This document shows, in pieces, positions 28,572 through 38,117 of a stretch of DNA of 64,000 nucleotides. The stretch covers positions 2,688,001 to 2,752,000 of the forward strand of contig OY762492.1 in assembly GCA_963665845.2 (NCBI GenBank), read 5' to 3'. Numbering within the stretch: the stretch's first letter is position 1; each line of letters opens with the position of its first letter. Position numbers and translations under genes: made by a program. Origin of the DNA: Candidatus Poribacteria bacterium (lineage in GTDB: Bacteria > Poribacteria > WGA-4E > GCA-2687025). Under the pieces are notes generated by a model. The model was not told the origin of the DNA and did not search any database. It saw nothing but the letters and a program-made list of their open reading frames with translations.

Positions 28572-29423
28572 ATGCAAATGACGCGAACGGCTGTGGTGTG
28601 TTTCGTTGCGGCGGCGGCTGCATTCTTCGCCTCGGCGCAAGAGGCGGAGCGGGACCGATGGTACTTCACCGCCGGGGCGGGTTTAAACTTGACGGCGACT
28701 CTGGATCAAAACGGATACAGCTACGACGATGTCGCCTATCCTGACCTGGACTATTCCCATCTGCCCGGCGGAAAGCCGGACGGATTCCGATGGCATTACG
28801 TTGTGGAAACCGAATCGGGTCAAGCGTTTCAAGCCGCTGTCGGGCGCATGTTTAAAAGCGGCGGGCGGCTCGAACTCCGCTACGACCGCCGAACCGCCCC
28901 CTTGGAGCATGGCGAAAAAAAGAGTACCTACCTTTACGGCGATGAAATCAAAGGCAGGGAAACGGAGATTGTTGGGACGCCGAAGTGGGGCATTGGCGAT
29001 CTGCTGACCGACACGATCTCTCTCAACGCTTATTACGGCGTCCCTGTCGCCGACGAGAAAATCACGCCTTATCTGGGCCTCGGCGTCGGGCTTTCCCGCG
29101 CCACAGCTACCGATGTGTACTTTGAATCTCAATACGCGGGAACGGCGGAGCCTGGCTGGCCGGCGCCTGAAACGTTCAACAACCTGCAAAATGTGGATGT
29201 GGACGGCGTCGCCGCAACGCAGATTTTATCGGCAGGCGTCGACTTTCGGCTCACAAACGAAACGCTGGTCGGGTTGAAATATGTGTACGCCGCTGTGGAC
29301 GACATTGAACAGGAAGACCTGTACCAGACCCATCCGAAGCCTGGGTTCACCAGCGTCACAAAATTTAGCGGCATGAACCACTGGTCGATAGGGGTTGAGG
29401 TCAAGTATCTGCTTGGAGAATGA
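28572..29423 (+). CDS. outer membrane beta-barrel protein, paralogue of 25768-26604
   Basis: signal peptide; shares YPD.DY..LP..KP.G.RW, IGDL, YLG.G.G, FSG...WS...KY motifs with 25768. Confidence 0.75.
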   Translation: MQMTRTAVVCFVAAAAAFFASAQEAERDRWYFTAGAGLNLTATLDQNGYSYDDVAYPDLDYSHLPGGKPDGFRWHYVVETESGQAFQAAVGRMFKSGGRLELRYDRRTAPLEHGEKKSTYLYGDEIKGRETEIVGTPKWGIGDLLTDTISLNAYYGVPVADEKITPYLGLGVGLSRATATDVYFESQYAGTAEPGWPAPETFNNLQNVDVDGVAATQILSAGVDFRLTNETLVGLKYVYAAVDDIEQEDLYQTHPKPGFTSVTKFSGMNHWSIGVEVKYLLGE

Positions 29424-29430
29424 GGCGGCG

Positions 29431-29949
29431 TCAAAGATTCGCATGGCTGCTCCATACGGCGCTGGGGTCTATGCCCGCTTTCTGCGCGATGGCTGACGCC
29501 AGCCCGTCCAAAACGAGCAGCAGCGCCTGCTCAAACGCGGATCTGCCGAGCTGCTTGGACGGCGTCGTTGGGATTTCCAGTACGGACGACGCCAGCTTCG
29601 CGGCGCGCGATTTTGCATCGCCCGTTACGCAAAGCGTTCCCGCTCCAAGCGCTTGCGCCGTTTCGATCTGCCTGCATACCGCCGGCGTCTCCCCAGAACC
29701 TGTGCATGCGAGCAGTAGATCGCCCGCGCGTATGGCAGGCGTTGTCGGCTCTCCAACGGCGAAAACGGTCCAGCCGAGCTGCGCTAGACGGGTGGCGAAT
29801 GCGGCGGCGACCAGCCCTGTTCGCCCCTCGCCGGCGGCGAACACGCGCCTGCCTGAACAAAGCTTTTCAACAAAAAGATCGAACTGATGAGAGGAAACCC
29901 GCTCTACATTTTGACGCGCTTCGGCTAAAATCTCATTCAAGATGGACAT
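29431..29949 (-). CDS. SIS-domain 6-phospho-3-hexuloisomerase-like protein
   Basis: GEGRTG, RL.QLG, VGE..TP.I..GD, GSGET, FEQ, HANL C-terminus. Confidence 0.8.
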   Translation of the reverse strand: MSILNEILAEARQNVERVSSHQFDLFVEKLCSGRRVFAAGEGRTGLVAAAFATRLAQLGWTVFAVGEPTTPAIRAGDLLLACTGSGETPAVCRQIETAQALGAGTLCVTGDAKSRAAKLASSVLEIPTTPSKQLGRSAFEQALLLVLDGLASAIAQKAGIDPSAVWSSHANL

Positions 29950-30469
29950 ACTGAACCTCGGCTGCGGAAATCATCAACTCCCGAACGCTGTCGGCTGCGA
30001 CATTGACCCGAACGCCGCCGCCGTCAATGTGGTATGCGATCTGAACCGCGTTCCGTACCCGTTCCGCGACAATCAGTTCGCCCTTGTCGTCTGCCAGGAC
30101 ATCCTTGAACACCTAGACGACATCCCCGCGGCGATGGCGGAACTCCACCGCATTTTACAGCCAAACGGCGTCGTCCGCATCCGCGTTCCGCACTACACGA
30201 GTATGGACGCTTACGGCGATCCGACGCACCGCCGTTTTTTGTCGACGCGCAGCTTCGATTTTTGCACGGAGGGTGAGACGGCGCCGCCGGGTTTGCGTTC
30301 GTCGGCGCTGTTTCGCCGGGTGAAGCGGGAGATTGCGTTCTATCGGATCTATCGGATCTTGGGCGTCGCGGCGCTGGCAAATCGGTTCCCGCGGCGGTGG
30401 GAGGGGCATGCGGCGTTCATTTTTCCCGCGCAGTATATGCTGTTTGAGCTGGAGGCGATCAAGGATTGA
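29942..30469 (+). CDS. class I SAM-dependent methyltransferase
   Basis: LNLGCG, LEHL, ELHRIL.P.G, DPTH. Confidence 0.85.
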   Translation: MDILNLGCGNHQLPNAVGCDIDPNAAAVNVVCDLNRVPYPFRDNQFALVVCQDILEHLDDIPAAMAELHRILQPNGVVRIRVPHYTSMDAYGDPTHRRFLSTRSFDFCTEGETAPPGLRSSALFRRVKREIAFYRIYRILGVAALANRFPRRWEGHAAFIFPAQYMLFELEAIKD

Positions 30470-30603
30470 CGGAACCCCCTTAGGATCCCCGCTTGCGCAG
30501 GAATGACGAGAAGGAGAAGCGGCCGCCTCTGGATTCCCGCGCGCTTTACCCCAAGGGCGGGAATGCATGTCCTCGCGGAAGCGGGGGGCGATGCGCTCAA
30601 GCG

Positions 30604-30758
30604 GGCAGTACCTACAGGCGATGATATGCATTTTTGCGCGACTGCCTGCGGATCCAGGCCGTCATTCCCGCGCAAGCGGGAATCCAGAGTTTTTCCATAG
30701 AGCCTTCGCATTCCAAAACGGCGCTCTAAAATCGAAATCATCGCCTATAGAGACTGCC
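30604..30758. mobile_element. MITE-like element (family 2), 155 bp, with 8-bp target-site duplication
   Basis: TIRs GGCAGTACCTACAGGCGATGAT / GGCAGTCTCTATAGGCGATGAT (19/22); CTCAAGCG at 30596-30603 and 30759-30766. Confidence 0.8.
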
Positions 30759-30773
30759 CTCAAGCGTATCCAT

Positions 30774-30802
30774 TTGACACGCGCCGCAAAAAGCGTTATC
30801 TT
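30774..30802 (+). promoter_or_regulatory. putative sigma70 promoter of the DUF4139 operon
   Basis: TTGACA-17 bp-TATCTT; RBS AGGAGG before ATG 30840. Confidence 0.6.
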
Positions 30803-30839
30803 GCCTGTAAGGTACCCTATTGAAAAGGAGGATGACCCC

Positions 30840-32135
30840 ATGAACCGCGCGCGTATGCATCTCTGGGCGGGCGTATGTCTCGGCGCGCTGCTGATGATCG
30901 GAGCCGCCGCGCTGCTCTGGAACCGCCCCGGCGAAGCGCAGGTGCAGCTTGTCACCGCCCCTGGACGAGACGCCGTCGAACTCACCATCTACGAAAGCGA
31001 AGACCTCACCTACGCCAAAGAGCGCCGAAACATCACCCTCCGCAAAGGAACCAACCTCCTCCAATTCAGCTGGGCGGGAACGCAGATCGACCCAACCAGC
31101 GTTCAGCTGGCGTCGGTCAGCGACCCTGAAAAGACGCGCGTCAAGGAAGCGATCTTTCCCAAGCATCTCAACAACGCCATCCAGTGGAGCGTCGAATCGA
31201 CCGACGGCGGCGCGAACATGGTGGAAGTCTCCTATTTCATCCGCGGGCTGCGTTGGCATGCGGACTACATGATGTTCGTCAACAGCGAAGAGACGCTGCT
31301 GCGCCTGCAGGGGCGTTTCACGCTTGTCAACCGCAGCGGCGAAGACTTTGAGGATGCGTCCGCCCGCCTCGTCGTCGGCGACATCCATCTCGTGTCGGAG
31401 GGTCAGCTTCAGGAGTCGCTCAAGCGGCTCGGCGGCATTTCCACAAAAGACGCTGCAATGTCTGTGACGTTTGGGGGAAGAGCGGTAGGGCGGGGCAGAA
31501 GCGCCCGCCAGCAGGCTGAAGCGCTGTCCGAATACTATATGTTCGCCGTCCCCGGCAAAAACACGCTTGAAAACGGCTGGACGAAGAAAATCGAAGCGAT
31601 GGATGTTCAGGACATACCGCTGGAAGTCGTGTACCGGTATTCGCCGAACGAACAGCTGGTGCGCCGAATGTACGCCTTCGTCAACAACGCCGACAGCCGA
31701 CTCGGCACGGAGCCGCTCCCAGGGGGAGCCGCGCGCGTCTTCATGGTTGACAGCGAGGGGCAGGTCGAGTTTGTCGGCTCCAATGGTCTTCGCTTCAGCC
31801 CTGTCAGCAAAGAGATCAAACTGGACCTTGGACATGAACTTGCCGTCACGGTGGAGCGCAAGCGAATGGACTTTAAAAAAATGAACCTCGCCTACAACGA
31901 CGACGGCGACGTCTCCCACTTCGACACCGAAGAAGAGATGCGCATCGAAGCGCGCAACTTCCGCCCCGAAAGCGTCCAGCTGGAGCTGCCCGAACGCATC
32001 GGCGGACAATGGGAAATGCTGCAATCCAGCCACGAATATGAACAGGAAGACGCCAGCTCCATTCTCTACACGATCGAGATCAAGCCTGGCGAAACGCAGG
32101 TCGTTCAATACCGCTTCAGGCGGCTCGGCAGATAG
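30840..32135 (+). CDS. DUF4139-like exported protein
   Basis: signal/TM segment; LTIY, ERR.I.L.KG.N, IDPTSV, Y...L.W.ADY, N.SG.DF.DA...LVVG, PLPGG. Confidence 0.7.
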   Translation: MNRARMHLWAGVCLGALLMIGAAALLWNRPGEAQVQLVTAPGRDAVELTIYESEDLTYAKERRNITLRKGTNLLQFSWAGTQIDPTSVQLASVSDPEKTRVKEAIFPKHLNNAIQWSVESTDGGANMVEVSYFIRGLRWHADYMMFVNSEETLLRLQGRFTLVNRSGEDFEDASARLVVGDIHLVSEGQLQESLKRLGGISTKDAAMSVTFGGRAVGRGRSARQQAEALSEYYMFAVPGKNTLENGWTKKIEAMDVQDIPLEVVYRYSPNEQLVRRMYAFVNNADSRLGTEPLPGGAARVFMVDSEGQVEFVGSNGLRFSPVSKEIKLDLGHELAVTVERKRMDFKKMNLAYNDDGDVSHFDTEEEMRIEARNFRPESVQLELPERIGGQWEMLQSSHEYEQEDASSILYTIEIKPGETQVVQYRFRRLGR

Positions 32136-32145
32136 GAGATTCATC

Positions 32146-33279
32146 ATGCGAAAGATATTGGTATGGACGCTGGCGGCGGCGTTTGTTTTAGCGGCGGGAT
32201 TGGCAATAGAACGCGCCGCGGCGCGCATCGGCCTCGTCACGATACCCGCCCGGCAGGACATACGCATCAAGATCGACCGCAGCAACAACGCGCTCGTCCA
32301 AGAACGGCGCGGCATCACCCTCAAAAAAGGCATGAACCGCATCGAGTTCAGCTGGCCGAACATGAAGATCGATTTCAACACGGCGCAGCTCCTCCCTCTA
32401 GAGCAGCAGGACGCGATCTCCATCTTGTCGGTCTCCGTGCCGCCGAACGCCGCCAACACGCTCATTTTGGAGGTGGAGAGCCAGAAGCCGAACCTTGTGC
32501 CGTTCCGCATCACCTATCTGACGAGCGGCATCTCATGGAAAGCGTCCTACACCTCCATCGCCGACATGGACGAAAAGACGATTCATCTGGAAGCGAGCGT
32601 CGCCATCTCGAACAACACGGTGGAAGATTACCATGACGCCGCCTTTGCGCTGCCGGTCGGCAAGCCGTTTCGTCAGTTTATTCAGAGCGGCGAGACGAAA
32701 AAGATCGTTCTGTTTACGGCGCCGGCGATTCCCGTAACGAAAACCTATCTGTCCGATCCGCGCGAATATCCGGACGCGGCGGCGATGCATTATGTGTTCA
32801 AAAACGAGGACGCGAGCGGCTTGAAGGAGGGCATGCTCCTGCCGGGGCGCGTCCGCCAATTCAAAAAAGACGCGACCGGAAGCGTCGCCTTTGTCGGCGA
32901 GGACATCCTCCGCTTTGTGCCGGTCGGGGACGAGATACGTTTATACCAGGGTCCGGCGCGCGACATTGAGGTGGAGCGGCGCATCATGAAGCGGGAGCGC
33001 ACATCGATCAAGCGGAACAAAAAGGGGCAGATCGTCTCCTACGACACGGACGAAACCTACCGCATCGCGATACAGAACCGCAAGCTGTCAGACGCGCCGC
33101 TGATTGTGCGGGCGCATCTGTCGAACTACTGGGAGATGAAGGAGCATTCGGAGCCGTTTGAGCGGAAAGACGCCGGGACGATTGAGTTTGAAACGACCGT
33201 TCCGCCCCGCTCCGAAAAGGAGATCACGTTCAGAGTGGAAGGCAAAAATCTCCAGAACGGGTATGTGCTGAACGAATAG
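32146..33279 (+). CDS. DUF4139-like exported protein (paralogue)
   Basis: LVQERR.I.LKKG.N.I.FSW, Y.TSGISW.ASY, LLPG.VR, F.GED. Confidence 0.7.
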   Translation: MRKILVWTLAAAFVLAAGLAIERAAARIGLVTIPARQDIRIKIDRSNNALVQERRGITLKKGMNRIEFSWPNMKIDFNTAQLLPLEQQDAISILSVSVPPNAANTLILEVESQKPNLVPFRITYLTSGISWKASYTSIADMDEKTIHLEASVAISNNTVEDYHDAAFALPVGKPFRQFIQSGETKKIVLFTAPAIPVTKTYLSDPREYPDAAAMHYVFKNEDASGLKEGMLLPGRVRQFKKDATGSVAFVGEDILRFVPVGDEIRLYQGPARDIEVERRIMKRERTSIKRNKKGQIVSYDTDETYRIAIQNRKLSDAPLIVRAHLSNYWEMKEHSEPFERKDAGTIEFETTVPPRSEKEITFRVEGKNLQNGYVLNE

Positions 33280-33293
33280 AGGAGGAGGCGTCC

Positions 33294-34187
33294 ATGTCGA
33301 ACGAGCCGGTTTATCCGAGCGTCAAGCAGGGCGTGTTGATGTGCCTTGTCTGCATCTCTGCGATTTTCGTCATCGGATGCGGCATCGGCATTGCCGTTCT
33401 CGCTTACTACTTTGTCTCAGGCGGGGACGTCTCCGCTTCTTCAGAGGAACTCGGCGGCGATTTTATTTTAGCAACCATTCTTGTCAGCAACATTTTGACG
33501 CTGGGCGGCGTCTTCTTTTACGGATACAAGAAATCGAAGGCGCCGCTCCGTTCGATTCTGCCCATGAAGCGTATTCGTCCGCTGCTCTATGTACCGATGG
33601 CGGCGATGCTGGTCGGCATGGGGATTCTATTCTCGCAGTTGGACAACTTTTATTTATGGTTTCTCGAATGGATTACGCCTGAGTGGTTGTTCAATCTCAT
33701 GAAAGAGGCGTTTCTAGCCGATCCCGAAGCCAGTCTATGGCTTGTCGTTCTTCTGTTCGTCATCGTCGCTCCCGTCACGGAGGAGCCGTTGTTCCGCGGT
33801 CTGCTGTTGCGCGGCTTTTTGACGCATCGGAGCCGTTGGAGGGCGGTTTGGATCTCGGCGCTGCTCTTCGGAGCGATTCATATGAATATACGTCAATTTA
33901 TGCCGGCGGTTGCGCTCGGCATCGCGTTCGCGTGGTGGCGCATTGAGACAGGGTCCATTTTGCCGGCGCTCCTCGGACATGCGCTCTACAACGCATGCGC
34001 GGTCTTATACTGGATTCTTGACAATGCCGGCGTGGAGTTTGAAACATTGCAGCCGCTTTGGTTGAACGCGGCGGGCGCGCTTCTTTTCTTATACGGCTTA
34101 CGGAGCCTGCGCCGGCTTTTTCAAAACCAGCCCAAAGATGCGGACAACAGCGGCGATCCGCCCCTTGAAAACGGACCTGATGGATGA
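33294..34187 (+). CDS. CPBP family intramembrane metalloprotease
   Basis: EEPLFRG, F...H, H..YN; multiple TM segments. Confidence 0.9.
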   Translation: MSNEPVYPSVKQGVLMCLVCISAIFVIGCGIGIAVLAYYFVSGGDVSASSEELGGDFILATILVSNILTLGGVFFYGYKKSKAPLRSILPMKRIRPLLYVPMAAMLVGMGILFSQLDNFYLWFLEWITPEWLFNLMKEAFLADPEASLWLVVLLFVIVAPVTEEPLFRGLLLRGFLTHRSRWRAVWISALLFGAIHMNIRQFMPAVALGIAFAWWRIETGSILPALLGHALYNACAVLYWILDNAGVEFETLQPLWLNAAGALLFLYGLRSLRRLFQNQPKDADNSGDPPLENGPDG

Positions 34188-34204
34188 GCCGCTAAGGAGA
34201 CCCC

Positions 34205-35002
34205 ATGTCGAACGAGCCGGTTTATCCGAGCGTCAAGCAGGGCGTCTTGCTGGTGTTGGCCGCCTTCGCGCTGCTGTACAGCGTTAGCTACGGCTTGAGC
34301 CGTCTAACCGCAAACGTTGGCATATCATACGATGCGGTCTTCACCGTTGCGTATATCCTATCTTTCGGCGGCGTATTTGTTTACGGCTGCAAGCGGGCAA
34401 AGGCTCCGCTCCGTTCGATTCTTCCGATAAAGCCTGTCTCTCCGCGCCTCTACCTGTCGATAGCGGCAATGACCGCCGGGCTATTTCTTCTGGAGTTGGT
34501 GTTCATCAGCCTTTGCGCCTTTCTCCTAGAGCAAATCAGTCCTGACTTGGTTTCAGACGACATGCCCTATGGAGATCTATGGAACTTTGCGGTTGCGGTT
34601 CTTCTCCTCGCGCCTTTACTGGAAGAAGCGCTGTTTCGAGGTCTGATCCTGCGTGGTTTTTTGACGCATTGCAGCCGCTGGAAAGCGATCTGGATCTCGT
34701 CGATTCTCTTTGGGCTCATGCATATCGTCGATCCTTTCCAAGTTTTGCCAGTGGGCGCTCTCGGCGTCGCATTCGCGTGGTGGCGAGTCGAAACAGGTTC
34801 GATCTTGCCCTCCGCGATCGGACACTCTTTTTGCAACTTAATGGCGGTCTCTGTATATCTGTCTGCCGAGATTCTCTATACATCCCTGATGATCGCGGGA
34901 GGGGTTGCGCTGCTTCTGCTGGGCATATGGAGCCTGCGCCGCCTTTTTCAAAACCCGCCCGACAGGGAACCGAACGGCGCCGAAATCCCGCCGCCCAAAT
35001 AG
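34205..35002 (+). CDS. CPBP family intramembrane metalloprotease (paralogue)
   Basis: EEALFRG, FGLMH, HSFCN; first 14 codons shared with the upstream paralogue. Confidence 0.9.
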   Translation: MSNEPVYPSVKQGVLLVLAAFALLYSVSYGLSRLTANVGISYDAVFTVAYILSFGGVFVYGCKRAKAPLRSILPIKPVSPRLYLSIAAMTAGLFLLELVFISLCAFLLEQISPDLVSDDMPYGDLWNFAVAVLLLAPLLEEALFRGLILRGFLTHCSRWKAIWISSILFGLMHIVDPFQVLPVGALGVAFAWWRVETGSILPSAIGHSFCNLMAVSVYLSAEILYTSLMIAGGVALLLLGIWSLRRLFQNPPDREPNGAEIPPPK

Positions 35003-35094
35003 ATTCCGCTTTAAGCCGCAAATTAGGCTAAACTAAATTAGAGCGCGCGCGTCTAACATACGAACGCGGCAATTTCTTATAGGGAGAACAGCGA

Positions 35095-36831
35095 GTGTAC
35101 GAAGCGGTTGACCGGTCGTTGGTTGACATCTTAGAAGAAGGCGGCATGCTTTCACAGGAGCATTCCGCGCAGGCGAGAGAGCGGCTGGCGGAAGCGGACG
35201 GAACCGACGAAGCCTCCGTTTTGGAGGAGTTTGTCTCCGCCGCCGACCTGGAGCTGGCGGTGAAAAGCCGAGAATTCGGCGTCCCATGCGTCCGACTCAA
35301 CGGACAAGGCGACAACCAAGAGGTCGTCAGCAAAATACGCGCCAATTACGCCTACAAGTACAAGGTGGCGCCCGTCAGTATGGACGACGGAAAACTGGTC
35401 GTGGCGATGGCGGACCCGCTCGATATTGAGCTGATCGATGAACTGCGGGTGGTGACGGGGCATGACGTCGTCCCGCTCCTCGGCGACCAGTCCGACATCG
35501 AAGACGCCATCCGGCGCTACTACGGGCAATCGACCGAGCAGCTGATTAGCGGACAGCTGGCAGGTCCCAGCGGTTCGGTCACCATCGAAACGGTCGAAGA
35601 GATCCATGACTACGGCATGAACGCCGATGTCCTGGCGCGCGACCCGACCGTCAAAGAGGCGGTGAACCAGATCATCATCGACGCGGTGAGCGAAGGCGCG
35701 ACCGACATCCATGTGGAGCCGTTTGAGGACAGGCTGCAGATACGGTTCCGTCTGGACGGCATGCTGGAAGCGCGCACCTCGCCGCCGAAGCATCTCCAAG
35801 CGGCGATCTCCTCCTATATCAAGCTGCAGTCGGAGATGAACATCGCCGAGACGCGCCGCCCCCAAGACGGGCGCATCCAGGTGCGCATCGCGACTCTCGG
35901 ACAGCGCGAGATCGACATCCGCGTGTCCACCGTCCCAACGATCTGGGGCGAAAGCATCGCCATGCGTATCCTTGACAAAAACATGGTGCGCCTCGGTTTG
36001 CGCGAACTGGGACTTCTAGAACGCGATTTTGAACTTTTCCAGAAAATGATCCACAAGCCCTGGGGCATCATCCTCGCCACAGGACCGACAGGGAGCGGAA
36101 AAACCACCTCCCTGAACGCGATTTTGAACGAGATCAAAGATGTCGGAACGAAGATCATCACGGTGGAAGACCCCGTTGAATACGACATGGACGGCATCAA
36201 CCAGATCGGCGTCAACGCCGAGATCGATGTTACCTTCGCCCGCGCGCTGCGGCATATTCTGCGGCAAGACCCCGACAAGGTGATGGTCGGCGAAATCCGC
36301 GACCTTGAAACGGCTGAAATGGCGATCCACACCTCGCTGACGGGGCATCTTGTTCTCTCGTCGCTGCATACGAACGACGCGCCGCAGGCGATCACCCGTA
36401 TGATCTCGATGGGCGTCGACCCGTATCTGGTCTCGTCAACTTTGGAGGGGGTCATCGCGCAGCGTCTGCCTCGGCGCGTTTGCCGAGCCTGCGCCCGGAT
36501 GGAACCGCCGACCCATGAGGAGCTGCTGGCGGTTGGCGTGGATCCTGACCAAGCCGACCCTGACTGGTTGGTTCCGCAGCCTGTCGGCTGCGCGCAATGC
36601 CGCGGGACAGGCTACCGCGGGCGCATCGGCATTTTTGAAATCATGCAGATGACCGAACCGCTGCGCGAGCTGGCGCTCCAGAACGCGTCCGCGTACCAGA
36701 TACGCCAGCATGCGGTCAAGGAAGGCATGCGCTCCCTGCGCGACGACGGATGGGAAAAGGCGCTGAACGGAATCACCACTGTCGAAGAGGTGCTGCGCCT
36801 CACGCCGTCCGCCGGAACGGTAGGCGCCTGA
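35095..36831 (+). CDS. gspE: type II secretion / type IV pilus assembly ATPase
   Basis: ATDIHVEP, PQDG, GPTGSGKTT, EDPVEY, LRQDPD, GEIRD, TGHLV.S.LH, CxxC..CxxC zinc motif. Confidence 0.9.
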   Translation: MYEAVDRSLVDILEEGGMLSQEHSAQARERLAEADGTDEASVLEEFVSAADLELAVKSREFGVPCVRLNGQGDNQEVVSKIRANYAYKYKVAPVSMDDGKLVVAMADPLDIELIDELRVVTGHDVVPLLGDQSDIEDAIRRYYGQSTEQLISGQLAGPSGSVTIETVEEIHDYGMNADVLARDPTVKEAVNQIIIDAVSEGATDIHVEPFEDRLQIRFRLDGMLEARTSPPKHLQAAISSYIKLQSEMNIAETRRPQDGRIQVRIATLGQREIDIRVSTVPTIWGESIAMRILDKNMVRLGLRELGLLERDFELFQKMIHKPWGIILATGPTGSGKTTSLNAILNEIKDVGTKIITVEDPVEYDMDGINQIGVNAEIDVTFARALRHILRQDPDKVMVGEIRDLETAEMAIHTSLTGHLVLSSLHTNDAPQAITRMISMGVDPYLVSSTLEGVIAQRLPRRVCRACARMEPPTHEELLAVGVDPDQADPDWLVPQPVGCAQCRGTGYRGRIGIFEIMQMTEPLRELALQNASAYQIRQHAVKEGMRSLRDDGWEKALNGITTVEEVLRLTPSAGTVGA

Positions 36832-38090
36832 TGCCGAGATACGCCTATGTAGCCGTCACCACCTCCGGTTCCAAAACAAAAGGCTCCATGGACGCGGCGT
36901 CGCGCAACGAGCTGGTCGCCCGCCTTCGAGAGATGGGGTACTTTCCGACGCATGTTGAAGAGGCGGTCGGAGAAGAAGATAGCGGCCTCTTTAGCGGATT
37001 TCGCGTCGGCAAGAAGGTGAAACCGAAGCAGGTGGAGTTTTTCACCTTTCAGCTGGCGACGCTGGTCAAGGCGGGCATTCCGCTTGACAGGGCGTTGGTC
37101 ACCTGCTCCGAGCAGGCGGAAAGCAACGAGCTGCGCCGCCTCATCGAAGACATCCGCGCGGACGTCGAACAAGGCGCCAGCCTCTCCGAGGCGATGGGAA
37201 AGCATCCAAAGCATTTTGACGATCTGTACACGAACATGGTTCGCTCCGGGCAAGAAGGCGGGGTGCTGGGTCTTGTGCTGGGGCGCCTTTCCGAGTTCAG
37301 CCGACAGCAGCGCGAGCTGCGCGACTCGGTCGTCTCGGCGCTCATTTATCCGATCATCCTGCTGTTCATTGCGGTCATCATCGTCGCGGTGATGATGCTT
37401 CTGGTGATTCCGCGCTTCACCGAAATGTTTATGGAGGTCGGGATGGACCTGCCGGCGTCCACCCGTATGTTGATTGCGGTCGTCGCCTATGTGAAGTCGG
37501 CGTGGGGGTTTGCGTGGATGTATGGAAGCATACCGCTTCCGGGCGCGACGCTGACAGGGATGATTTTGATCTGGTTCGCTTCGCGTCAGTACCGCAAAAC
37601 GGAGTCGGGCGAGGTGTTTTTTGACAAGGCGCGCATGCGCGTCCCGCTGGTCGGTCCCGTCGTCCGAAACTTCGCCATTGTCCGCATGACGCAGACGATG
37701 AGTACGCTGTTGGAAAACGGCGTCATGCTGTTGACGGCGCTGCGCGTCGGAAAGGCGACCACCGGCAGCGTCGTCTATGAAAGCGCGCTGGAGCATGCGG
37801 AGCAGGAGGTGCAAACCGGCTCCAGCCTGTCCGGCCCGCTCGAAGAAAGCGGCCTGTTTCCGCCCATCGTTACGAACATGCTGGCGATTGGCGAAGAATC
37901 AGGGCGCCCGGAGACGATGCTCGGCCACCTCGCCGACTATTACGACATGGAAATCAAACGCTCTCTGGAACGGCTGGTGGCGGCGTTGGGACCGATGCTC
38001 ATTCTGTTTATGGCGGGCATCGTCGTCGTCATCGCCATCTCCATCATCACGCCTATGGTCAACCTGTCCAACATCAGCGCAAGCCCATGA
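36831..38090 (+). CDS. gspF: type II secretion inner membrane platform protein
   Basis: QLATLVKAGIPL, G.SLS.A, GQEGG, ALIYP, GEESG. Confidence 0.9.
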   Translation: MPRYAYVAVTTSGSKTKGSMDAASRNELVARLREMGYFPTHVEEAVGEEDSGLFSGFRVGKKVKPKQVEFFTFQLATLVKAGIPLDRALVTCSEQAESNELRRLIEDIRADVEQGASLSEAMGKHPKHFDDLYTNMVRSGQEGGVLGLVLGRLSEFSRQQRELRDSVVSALIYPIILLFIAVIIVAVMMLLVIPRFTEMFMEVGMDLPASTRMLIAVVAYVKSAWGFAWMYGSIPLPGATLTGMILIWFASRQYRKTESGEVFFDKARMRVPLVGPVVRNFAIVRMTQTMSTLLENGVMLLTALRVGKATTGSVVYESALEHAEQEVQTGSSLSGPLEESGLFPPIVTNMLAIGEESGRPETMLGHLADYYDMEIKRSLERLVAALGPMLILFMAGIVVVIAISIITPMVNLSNISASP

Positions 38091-38117
38091 ACATGCGTAA
38101 AGAAAAAGGAGCGCAGA

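Noticed and set aside
30503-30839. Small ORFs and N-terminal extensions over repeat regions (e.g. 30567 start, 7075-7287, 13566-14006, 51161-51412, 54612-54929, 60834-61028, 6794 start)
   Set aside because: They translate palindromic repeat modules; better RBS-linked starts lie downstream.
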